From Eledone cirrhosa (Eukaryota): a DNA stretch of 64,000 bases. The position numbers and the translations under genes were made by a program. Under the pieces are notes generated by a model that saw nothing but the letters and a program-made list of their open reading frames with translations, was not told where the DNA came from and did no database searches. Location: positions 84,506,001 to 84,570,000 of the forward strand of contig OZ024747.1 of assembly GCA_964016885.1 (NCBI GenBank). Direction: 5' to 3'. Of this stretch, positions 1-11,400 are shown in pieces (position 1 is the stretch's first letter; each line of letters begins with the position of its first letter).

Positions 1-420
1 ATCATCACAGACGATTGCCATCTCTTACTGATTCTTCATTGTCATCCCATCTGCATCCATGACTTCATAGATGACTTTGTAGACCAGCTGTAGATCTGCA
101 TGGTTTACCACACAGGTGACAGAAGAGAGTTGTGCTTTCCATAGGACTGGTGGGGTCACCCTGTGGGACACAATCGTTAAACACCACCATGTGTTTTTTT
201 TAGTCCAGAACTGGTTCTACACACTTTGTTGCATATCACGCACATTGTTTAGCCAGGTCTTTCTTGAGTGGTGTTGCAGGTGATTATCTTTTCATGTGAC
301 TTCGGGTGATTAACATAACCAGCTTTTTAGCGGAGTACACGCTGACAGAAATTGTATGTCCAACTACTGATGACTTAATCAAGACTGTGAGCACAACCCT
401 TCAGGAGCTGATGTTTCATA
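1..420 (-). mobile_element. Degraded 3' end of an RTE-type LINE with C-terminal C2H2 zinc fingers
   Basis: The minus strand reads CVICNKVCRTSSGLKK..H and FCHLCGKPCRSTAGLQSHL*SH with stops and frameshifts, and ends in GATGAT at the window edge. Confidence 0.5.
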
Positions 421-1005
421 CATCATCATCATCATCGTTTAACGTCCATCTTCCACGCTTGCATGGGTTTGGACGGGAGGTTTCCCACTTGAGGCAAGAT
501 TTGTTGTCCTGCTCGTATAGGACTGTCTGACAGGTTTTCTATGGCTGGATGCCCTTCCTAACACCAACCACGTTTACAGTGTGGACTGGAACGTTTTTAC
601 CGTGTTACCTACACGGCCACATTACAGCGTGGACTGTGTGTTTTTTTGTCGTGACACCTACACGATCTCATTTGTTTCGGACTGGATGTTGTGGTGCCAA
701 CATAACTTCACATTTAAGGGGGGGGGGGGGGGGGGTATTTTGTTAGAGGTGCCTACTGACTGTAGGTTTCGCTTTGTACTTAGGCAAGGTGGGTCTTCTG
801 TATTACTGTGTAGCGCCAAAGATCTCGGTCCAGTGATATTGTCTTGGAGAGGAGTAAGTGTGTGAGTCGGAATTTATCAAGTCGTCCCAGGTTTTTCTGG
901 GCCTGCCTACTCCGTGGCTACCGTCTATTTTTATCGCCCTGCACTTTTTTATACAGCTGTCGTCTTTCATGTGCATCACCTGACCGTACCAACATAGTCT
1001 TCTCT
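421..1005 (-). mobile_element. RTE LINE 3' fragment (ORF C-terminus, 3' UTR and (GAT)n tail)
   Basis: ERRLCWYGQVMHMKDDSCIKKCR..GRPRKTW (ORF 803-1102). The 3' UTR matches 40392-40960. (CAT)n at 421-435. Confidence 0.85.
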
Positions 1006-1159
1006 CGAGTACATACTTACATATATGCTTATGTGTGTGTGGTTGAATGTATGTATTTGTGTTTATATCCCATAACTTAACAGTTTGACAAAAAGAGATC
1101 AATAAACTAAGTAATATATATATATATATAAAGGGTAAAGTCTATAAATGACCATGTAT

Positions 1160-1365
1160 TTTGCATCTAGAGTGTTCCCTTCCGAGGCACAAGCCACTGA
1201 TGTTATCCAAGGGAAAATCAAAGGCAGATGATACTTGGCATCAGTATCATCTTATATTTTCCAGCTGAGTGAACTGGAGCAATGTGAAATAAAGTGTCTT
1301 GCTGAAAGACAATGCGCTTTCTGGTCTGGGAATTGAACTCACAACCTCACAATTGTGAACCCAAC
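1160..1365 (-). mobile_element. tRNA-derived SINE fragment
   Basis: The B-box-like GAGTTCAATTCC lies on the minus strand. The body CAGCTGAGTGAACTGGAGCAATGTGAAATAAAGTGTCTTGC is shared with 18920-19110. Confidence 0.6.
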
Positions 1366-1366
1366 A

Positions 1367-1413
<47 letters not shown>

Positions 1414-1527
1414 AAAAAAGGAAAAGAATGACTTCACTTGTAGTTCTAAACAATTTAATTTAATTTTATATATAAAATTAAATTAAATTGTTTGGAACTA
1501 CAAGTGAAGTCATTCTTTTCCTTTTTT
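1414..1527. repeat. Near-perfect ~114-bp palindrome between (TA)n tracts
   Basis: AAAAAAGGAAAAGAATGACTTCACTTGTAGTTCTAAACAATTTAATTTAATTTTATA|TATAAAATTAAATTAAATTGTTTGGAACTACAAGTGAAGTCATTCTTTTCCTTTTTT: one mismatch, no spacer. Confidence 0.9.
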
Positions 1528-1574
1528 TAAATATACCTAACTGTACCAAGGATTTCATACATTTTCCAATATAC

Positions 1575-1606
<32 letters not shown>

Positions 1607-1741
1607 AACTTTGGTCAAAATCCCAATTTAAGATGTTTAAGTATTAGAGACATAACTTTATATAATGTATACACACTTCAACAGCATTCTAATAAATATG
1701 TGAATAAATTTTGGGGAGACACCCTGTATATATAAATATAT

Positions 1742-1809
<68 letters not shown>

Positions 1810-1951
1810 CCAAAAGTTAAACAAGGTTAATTGATTAATCAATGAATATAGTTTTACAATAGATTAGAAGCACTCAACAAAAACGTTTTCTGGAGTTATT
1901 AATATTGGAATTGAACCATCAGCACAGTTGAGGTCTGTCATATATCAATTT

Positions 1952-2023
1952 ATATATTTTATCTGATGAGGACGTACTGAAAAAACAGCACAGTACCTCC
2001 GAAATATATATAATAAAATATAT
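1952..2023 (+). ncRNA. Type I hammerhead ribozyme (minimal, Penelope/retrozyme-type)
   Basis: Stem I: 1952-1962 ATATATTTTAT pairs with 2013-2023 ATAAAATATAT. Core CTGATGA at 1963-1969. Stem II: 1970-1979 GGACGTACTG pairs with 1991-2000 CAGTACCTCC. GAAA at 2001-2004, palindromic TATATA stem III, cleavage triplet AUA at 2010-2012. Confidence 0.8.
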
Positions 2024-2063
2024 TTTGATGACGTTGAATGTCTATATTTATTAATATTTTGAA

Positions 2064-2107
<44 letters not shown>

Positions 2108-2364
2108 CACAAATACATGTAAGTTTACCTTTGTGTATGTGTAACAGAGGTCTTCTAGGCACATACGTGGCTTAGTCGTTCTTGGTTTTAAAATGCCACG
2201 AAAGTAATTAAAACGTGTAAAGAAAAGTCAATATCATCCTACAACGTCAATGTTCAGAAATTCCTCCTACTCTACTCTTTACTCTCCCATATAACCAACT
2301 CCTACCCTTGCAATACATCCACCACACACCTCTACACATGTTGACAAGGTAAAGGGTCGATATT

Positions 2365-2665
2365 AGTTTGTTGTTGTTGGTTGAGGTGGTGGTGGTGGTA
2401 GTGGTACTGGTGGTGGTGGTGTTACTGTTGTTGTTGACAGTGGGGGTAATGGTAGTGGCAATTAATGGTCTTAGTGGTTTTGCTGGTGGTGGTGGTGGTG
2501 CTGCTGTTGTTGGTAGTGGTGGTTGTAATAATGCTGGTGGTGATGGTAATTGTGTTGGTATTGTTGCTGTTTTTGGTGGTGGTGATAGTGTTGTTGATGG
2601 TGATTATGTTGTTGTTGCTGGTGGTGGTGGTGGTGGTGGTGGTATTAATTGTTGGTGTTGGTATT
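2365..2665. repeat. Degenerate (GGT/GTT)n trinucleotide low-complexity tract
   Basis: Runs of ggt/gtt/gat. This is the source of the spurious poly-V/G/T ORFs. Confidence 0.9.
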
Positions 2666-3118
2666 AAACCACTGGTTAAGTCCTGAATGAGTTGATCAAG
2701 AATCAAAGACATTTCACTTGTGACCATCCTGTATTTTCTGTAGCTAGAATTACCTTATCCACTGTGTTCTTCCCTTCTTTAAGACTGTAGGGTGTAACTT
2801 GAGGGAAATTTCGCTGCTGTTTCTAGCATGTCAAGCGTTCACCTATACACTCCATTGTTGGCTCATTCTCTTGTTTTTGTTGTTGTTTAACCCTATAATC
2901 AAAGCAGCCCAAGGGTAACCATCATAATTTTATTATGATGTTACATTATGCCCAATAATGAGAAGAGTAGTTCACTAAGTTCTTCCAAATTTAAATTATT
3001 TGAGAATCATGGGTAGTATTTATTTAGTAGAAATATGGTAAAAGCGGGGTTAAGCTTTCACTTTTCAACATTGTGAACAGAAAGTTGGCTGTTTTAGTTT
3101 AGATAAAGGAAATAACAA

Positions 3119-3314
3119 TTAACCCTTTAGCATTTACATTACTCTTTATTTACTATTGCACTTTCACAGTGACCACTTTATCTCATAATTATGTCACATA
3201 ATATCGAATCTACAAGATTTTGCTATTATTTATTTTGAGAATAATACCTTAACATACGTATGAGCAGAAAGAGGTGAGAGAATTCTGTCCGGATATGGCC
3301 GGTTTAAGGGTTAA
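3119..3314. mobile_element. piggyBac-like MITE (TTAA-CCCTTT termini), family A
   Basis: TTAACCCTTTAGCATT...AAGGGTTAA. Related copies at ~10851-11079, 27932-28152 and 32397-32616, and a partial copy at 18447-18508. Confidence 0.7.
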
Positions 3315-4167
3315 GTGTCCTCCTAACTATATATTGTTCAATGAAATGTAGATTATCTTTAATCTTTAAAACTTTAAATTTTGGGAATCATTAACTTTTT
3401 AATTACTATATTTCTAATGAAAGACATTGCCTATGTTTTTAAAACATTTTGAAAATAATCAAGAATTTTGAGGGATTTAGTAAAATTACTTTCTCATTAT
3501 TAAGCTGCTGGTGTATCAAATAAAAGACAGTAAATTACTGGAATCAATATAATCGACTTTCCTCTTCACCCACAAAATTGTTGACCTTGTGCTAAAATTA
3601 GAAACTATTATTTAGCTGATATCTGAAACAGCTTAACAAAGTTTCTTACATAGAATTATAATTGAAGGTTTTTAGATAAATATAAACACTTTAAAATAAA
3701 CAACTTCAAAAGAAATATTTCAAAGTGAGAGGCCTTAGAAATAAATCTTTTGAAAAATGGTTAGTTGCTGCAGTCAAAGAAAATACTGGTTTGGCTCATT
3801 TAAAATTTTGTAAGTGTAAATTGCAAACTACTCTAATTTGATTAAGAATACAAAATAGGTGCTTCTGTCCACCTTTTTCCCATCTCCAGAAGTACTTCAA
3901 CCCAATTTTATCAACTATTGTTTATAGAGATCAACTCTTATTATGGTCATTTGTGTTGAAATGCAAACATTTCAAATTAAAAAAATAACACTTTAGTGCC
4001 AGGATATGATTTTCCGTGGAGGTACTTCTTCATTTTTGTTACCTTTTGTTGTAATAAGATGTTAGAACATCAGCTAGAATGCTTTGCAGTGCTCTTTTCA
4101 GCTCTCCACACTCTCTGAGTTCAAATCTTGCAGAGGTCAACTTTATCTTCCATCCTTTAAAGGTAAA

Positions 4168-4571
4168 TAAAAAATGACCTTACCCAATTACACCTCTCAA
4201 AGGCGATGACCTCTGGCGTCACGCAGTAATACAGAGTACCCGACCTTCCATGGGTACAAGCTGAAGCATATAGACAATATGCCCCACACACCCCACTGCA
4301 AGGTGGTTGTGGAGGTGCCACGGCAAAAAAGCACCCAGCCCACACTGTAAAGTGGACGTGTAGGCGCCACGGAAAAAGCACCCAGCATTCACTGTAAATG
4401 AGGTTGGTGTTAGGAAGGGCATCCAGCTGTAGAAATCAAGCCAAATCAGTTCCTGTATGAGCAAGGCATGGTCAGCCGACCAGACACTGCCCACAACAGG
4501 ACAACCCGTCTAACCCATGCTAGCGTGGAAGAACGGACGTAAAACGGTGATGATGATGATGATGATGATGA
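4168..4571 (+). mobile_element. RTE LINE 3' end, near-identical to 49850-50226
   Basis: Same 3' UTR (CAGTAATACAGAGTACCCGACC...GGAAGGGCATCCAGCTGTAGAAA) ending in (GAT)n. Confidence 0.85.
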
Positions 4572-5498
4572 TTAGTCCAATGCTGGGGACGATTCTTTCT
4601 CTATATCATTCTCATTACCCCTATCTTTCGCTCTCTCTCCCTGGAAGAAATCAGTTGTATACAGACCTAGAGAGGGGGTCCGCCAACAGTAACTGAATCC
4701 ATGATCCCGTTTCTAGTAGGCTGCTACCTAGATTATCTCATTTCCTTCGATTTCTGGACTTCAACAAATTAGAACTAACTGGTGACAGATGTGAATGAAT
4801 TAGTGAATCAGTTCATGCATGTGTGTGTGTTACGAGTATATGTGTGTGTATGTGTATATATGTGTGTTGGGGGTTATGTGTTCATGGAGTATATATATAT
4901 GTGTGTGTGTGTATGTGTACTTAACTGGTTGCAGCCAATAACAAGCAATCTTGATAATTTTCTTTCACAAATCAGAAGCTTTTGGGCTGCCGCTTTAACA
5001 CCGACGTGGTGAGGTGGTGGTGGTGGTGGTGGTGGTGGCGGTGGTGGCGGCGGTGGTGGCAGTTTTATTAGCTTTAATATTTCAATAAGATACAAAATAG
5101 AAGAAAAAATAAAAGTTTTAAAAAAAAGAGATCAGAAAAAAATCTGTGTATTAGTGAAGTCTAGGATTGAGCTGAATAAAGACACATACACAGTTTTTAC
5201 CTTTATAATAATGAATATAAGGGGCATACAATAGATGAGAATTAATGTCTGATGCCCTCAAATCAGAGGTTTTACAAAATTCACACATCAGATAAACACT
5301 GCTTAATGGTCCCAGTAAACAGAATAGCAAATGTACTTAATTAGTTTTGAAAAAGTTTTGAAGAATTTTACTTGTATAATTTAATTAATTCACTTTAATT
5401 GTTTTTATTTCTAATACGTGGTACATAATATAGGTTTTTTTAATCTGTATTTATATATTTTAAAAGTATATTTAAAAAAAAGAGCAATTGAACAAAAA

Positions 5499-8400
5499 AT
5501 GAAGATGGTGATCTACAGTGATTTTTTGTGGCTTAAAATTTTCTGTGTAAGTCAAATTGTACTCATCACCTGTGCAGATGTCTATACATCAGTTTATAAA
5601 ACGAACAAGTTGGTTAATGAGGAAAGAAAGTTGTTGGCATCTCTTCAAAGCTTCATCGAATCAGAACGTTTGGAAAATAGATCAGTTAATACAGATGTAC
5701 TCAGGTAAAATTTTATTGTTCTCATTGTTATTGTTGTTACTAGTATATAACCCATTATTGGTCTTAACTTATCGTGTGGGCTTTGATCACTATCACACTA
5801 TCTTTTCTATAAATATTTTCATGGGAATTGTAGCTTCATTTCTCTCCAGCCTTCACATGTCCTCTGCAATTACTGTTCTTGTTTCACTACTATACATCAC
5901 ACTTCGCACACAGGCATCATACAACCATCCTTTTGTACGAAGGGAGAAACCTTTTGCTGTCAACAGTTGGAGTAGCTCTCTAAATCTCTTCCATCCTATC
6001 CTTATTCTAATTTGTTCACTTAGATAGCAGAAGCTATCAACCACCTCTATGGATCCTTCATGGGATTGGAAAAGATTTATATCAGTGACACTCGTCTCCT
6101 CGATTACCCCTGTGCATCTTTTACATACAAAGTCTTCCCTTCCTATTATCTATAGTCTACTTGTTATCCCATTACATCTCTGGTGTACCCAAAATTTGCA
6201 TTGTGTACATCATATAGAGTTTATGTCCACACCTTTTCTATATATTGAGTAGGGAAACTACCCTGAAGGAATCAGGGTTCTATCTTCTTTCCTACTTACT
6301 AGCACTTTAGTTTTGGCTAAGTTTGCTCTCAGCCCTTTTAATTCCAAATTCTGTTTCCATAGTCGGAACTTATTCTCTAGTTCTTTTATGGATTCAACTA
6401 TAAGGACCAGGTCACCTGCGTAAGGAAGTTCCTATGGTCATCCAGTCTTAAACTCCTCTGTTATGACCTGGGAAACTATGATGAACAGCAGTTGGCTCAG
6501 AACCGAACCCTGATGAACTCCTACCTATACTTTGAATTCCTCACTAAACTCACTTCCTACTCTCACTTTATATAGCTTGCACTGCTCTCACAAGCCATTC
6601 TTCTACACCTAATTTTCTTAAGGACCACAAGATAACAGAACAAGGTACTTTGTAAAAGTATATAACATTACTTGAAAATAACAAATGGCTTAATACCAAT
6701 AAATATAGATTGTCTTTGCTTTATTCCAGTTTCTTCAACAAAACTCAAATGCAGAACACAAAATTGGGGAATACAACAAATTATGCAAATAATCCATTGA
6801 ATGCATACCACATGCTGTACCGGATTCATAAGACGTGGAGTCAAATGATAGAGAAATTAGACTGTGATGACTGTAAACACAATAATAACACCAAAGGTCA
6901 GTTTAAGAACCCTGTATTTTTAACAGTTGATGTTGTTTAGCTCTATGTCAGCCTTGAAAGAACAGACCTATGATCAAAGAAATTCCACCCAGGACTACAC
7001 TGCTATTTTCTCAGTCATTGTGTGTGTGTATCTAGAATTATATTATCCAATATGTCCTATGTATATAAAGGCATGATGATCAAAGCTAGAATACCTTTGA
7101 ACTTAAGCCTGCTCATTTTGAGCTCACCTAGTAATTATTTTATTTGTGCTTTTCCCTATAAGTAAAAATTGCGATGTGTAATGTTTGGTAGTAGTAAAAT
7201 GTAAACATCACTCATACACACACATGTATGTAAAGAATCATTAGTTACTGACCAGACTATTACTAACTGTTGCATGAGACTACTTTTTGCATAACAATTG
7301 TCATGGTCATCATCATCATCATCATCATCAACATCATCAACACATCATCATCATCATCATCATCAACATCGTCATCAAGACCATGATGTTTATCATTATC
7401 AGTACCTTTACCACCACCATCATCCACACTGGTGGAGGTTGCAAGGAAAATTTCTTAACTCCTAACATCAAGAAGAATCAAGTTGTAGACAAAAGCACTC
7501 ATGCTCCTCCAGGCATTAAGGTCAAAGTTAAGGAATTGGATGTGGTAGAGGAGTTTAAGTATCTTGGCTCTGCTGCTACAAGCAATCTAACCCTAGAAGT
7601 ACATATTTTCTTGTATTGTCCTTTCTAATGACACAGTGTGTTTAGTGCTAAGAATGTTTGTTTTTTTGAAAAATGAATGAATACATTATGTATTTGTGCT
7701 AAATATTTCTGTACTTATCTCAATATCAGGTGCAACATTTTTTTTTTTTTTTTTGTCGTACATTATCTTACATTATTGAAAGTAAATGTTAAGTTCAATT
7801 GAATTGGTTTTATAGACCATCTTCAATTGTACAAAGCCTCTTCCTTCATTTTTCTAAAAATAAAAATAAGCTTCATAAGATCATCATCATCTTCATCAGC
7901 ATCATCATTTAACATCGACTTTCCCTGTTAGCATATCTGTTTTGAGTACAAACATGGCAAGTATGAGTTGCCAACCATCAATGCGATTGTATTTAGTAAA
8001 TTTCATGGAATATTTTGTTGTGTAACAGACTTTATCAAGGAATACAGAAAAGTTCAAGAGCAACTGTGGCCAACTGAAAGGGATATTATTGGAGCAGCCT
8101 TAGGTTTGTTTAGGTAAGATACTATATTTTCAGTGAAGAGAAGAACATTATGCTGGGCATTATTTAATATCCCTGTGGATTGGCAGTATCAGTAGAGGGT
8201 CGGACGCCATGCTTTCTAGCATAGTTACGTCCCTTTACGATCTGAGTTCAAATCCCGCCGAGGTTGACTTTGCCTTTCATCCTAACGGAGTCGATAAAAT
8301 GAAGTACCAGTAATGTACTGGGTAATTGCTGGCCTTGTGCCTAAAATAGAAACAATTATTTAATATCCCTGTATTTAGAATAGGTACACTATATCCCTGC

Positions 8401-11400
8401 ATGTTGACTAAAATGATTGCTATGGGTTAGGGCATCTGGCTGTAGAACGTTGTCTCAAAATATTCCATTCAACCTATGCCACTATGGACTGAAAAACTAG
8501 GATGCAACACATGTTGAATGTGGACCCAATATGAATAAATGTTTAAGAAGTTCACTTGGCAATCATAAGGTTCAGGGCTTGATCTCACTGAGTGACATCT
8601 TAGGCAAGTGTTGTTTACCATACCCCAAATTTGCATTATGTACATCATATAGAGTTTCTGCCTATTCCTTTTCTGCATATCAAACAGGGCCACTTCCCTG
8701 GTGGGATCAGGGCCCTGTCTTCTTTCCTACTTACTAACACTTTAGTTTTTGCAAAGTTTACTCTCTGCCATTTTGACTCTAAATTCAGTTTCCACAGTCA
8801 GAATTTCTTCTCTAGTTCTTCTATCAATTCAGCTAGAAGAACCAGATCGTCTGCATAAAGAAATTCTCTTAGAGAGCCAGTCTTAAATTCCTTTGTTATG
8901 GCCTAGAGAACTATAATGAACAGAAGTGGGCTGAGGACTGAACCTAATGCACTCCTACCTGTACCATGAATTTCTCACTAATCTCCTTTCCTCCTCTTAC
9001 TGACAGCTCCTCTGTATATGGCTTACACTGCTCTCACAAGCTTTTCTTCTACACATAGTTTTCTTAAGGACCTCCTGATGATAGACTGAGGTACTTTGTC
9101 AGAGGCCTTTTCTAAATCAACAAAAGCTAAATATAGAGGTTTATTTTTAGCTAGGACCTTCTCTTGTAGTTGCCTCACTAAGAAGAGGGCACATAACCGA
9201 ACTGCATTTCATCTAATTTTACTCTTTCTTTAATTAGCCATGCTAGAACTCTGTCTGTCTCTTTCATAACTTGGTCCATTAGTTTTATTCCTCTGTAGTT
9301 GTTTCTTTATAGAATTCTAAATAAATAAAAATAATTAGAACAGTTTTGACCAGTTGCCATGTTCACGTGACAGACAGACAAAAATGCGGATTATTATAAT
9401 ATAGATTATTTCTTTCAGATTACAAAATATATACTCCCTGAATATAACTGAGCTGCTGCAAGGTCGTATAACCAATATTCAAACAGAACCAATGAAAACT
9501 AAAGATGTTCTAAATCTAATTGAAATAGCCAATGAGCATGATATGGTCTATGACGAGTTGTTATGGCTTTTGGCATTGGATGAAGTCTATAGTAAGTCAA
9601 AAATCGAGAAAGGAACTGTGGAACAAAACAAAATATATCGAGCTATTGCCAGTGCTTACTCAGTGGTAAATATATTAACATCTTCATTAATTCAAGCAAA
9701 CGTTACAATCAATTAAACTATGTGTACTTTTGTAGTGTGAAGGGACATAACAGAACCTGTGTAACATAACATATACAAAGTGTGTGTGTATCATAATCAT
9801 CATCGATTAACGTCCATCTTCCATGCTAGAATCTCCCAATGGGGATGACACAGGATCAAGTCTTCTAGCACTACGACATATGACAAAAGACCCATGTTGA
9901 CAACTAAACCCCGGACTCTGCTCATAATGGTGCCACACAGCTCCACACTGCAAACACGGTTGATGACAGGCCCGCCCAGTAATATGGCTCCCTTTATGAG
10001 TAAGGCTTAGCATGGTCAACTGACTCAACTACCTTCTTAAACTATGGTTCCACTGTGACCAGGGTATGGTGCGGCCATCTGGCCTAACCCTCCTCATAAC
10101 AGGACCATCCAGTGCCACACTGTAAATGTGGCTGTAGCTCCCAAACTATGGTTCTGCTGTGAGAAGGATTTGGTGAAGTCAACTGGCCTGTTCCATTCTG
10201 ATAATGGTGCCATCCAGTTCCACACTGTTCTATAATGGGCCAATTGATTTTATAATTGTTAATGTTATTATCCTTAGAGTCCATTTATATTTGGATAGTC
10301 AGGTGTCTTTCTTTCAGTCTCTGAATTTTCATGGATACTGATAGGTTTAATCTTTCTGTAAGTATAGGAGATAACTCTAGATGCCTTTCTATCTTATAAC
10401 TAATGATAAACCTCAGTGATTTATTTATTAAATATAATAGCAAGATTCTCATCTCCGACTCAGCAATCAGCTTTTCGGCATCTTAACTTCACAAACATTG
10501 TTGGTTTTATAATGACATGCATTTAAATTTGTATTCAATTGTTGTTTAAGTTAGATTATAAATTAAAGAAATTAATATTTTCTATATATTCTTGTCTTTT
10601 TAGTATGGAATGCCATGGGTTGCACTGGATTATATTGGAAAGTGTTTGAAAATAAGTAAGTTGGTGGTTGAATTTTATACTTGACAATACAGTTTTTGTA
10701 TTTGTTTCTATAATGAATCTTTACTTTTCTCTGTATATGTTATTTAAACATTAATCACAAAGTCATAGAGTAGTTCCTATTTGCTGAACAATTGAAACTG
10801 ACACAAAAGGGTCCGCAGCTTGTATATTTGTTGAGCACTTTTTGGAAGATTAACCTTTTGGCATTTAAACCGGTCATATCCAGCCACATTTCTCTCACCT
10901 CTTTCTATTCAAACTGGATGTAACTGGCTGCTCATATTGATGTTAATGTATTTGTCCTCAAAATAAATAATATCAAAATCTCATAGACTCATTATTATGT
11001 GAGCTAATTGCGTGAGCTAAAGACTTTACTATGAAAATATAATAGTAAATATAGATTAATGTAAATGCTAAAGGGTTAAACTATTCCTCTTGCCAATTTT
11101 ATTTGGATGTGCAACTAATGCAGCATCTATGATTAGTCACCATCCTAGACTTATAGTACACTTAATAAAAAGCAGCTCTTTAAGATTCACTCTGTTTTCA
11201 TAAGCAACACTTAGCCTTTATTACATAAAAATTGCATAATGTTATCAACCCATTTATTACTGTATTACTAATGAAATAATATGAGTTCTAATTAATTTTG
11301 AAAATATCAACACTTATGAAATTTGGTTGTTTTCATTCAGAACCAGATGACAAAGGCTGTCAAAGAGAACAGATATTTTTGCAAAAAAAGTTGAAAAGTA

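Noticed and set aside
2368-2727. Poly-Val/Gly/Thr ORFs resembling membrane or mucin proteins
   Set aside because: They are translations of a trinucleotide low-complexity tract, open in several frames, with no splice context.
4782-5095. Poly-Pro and (VC)n ORFs upstream of gene 1
   Set aside because: They are derived from (GGT)n and (GT)n microsatellites.
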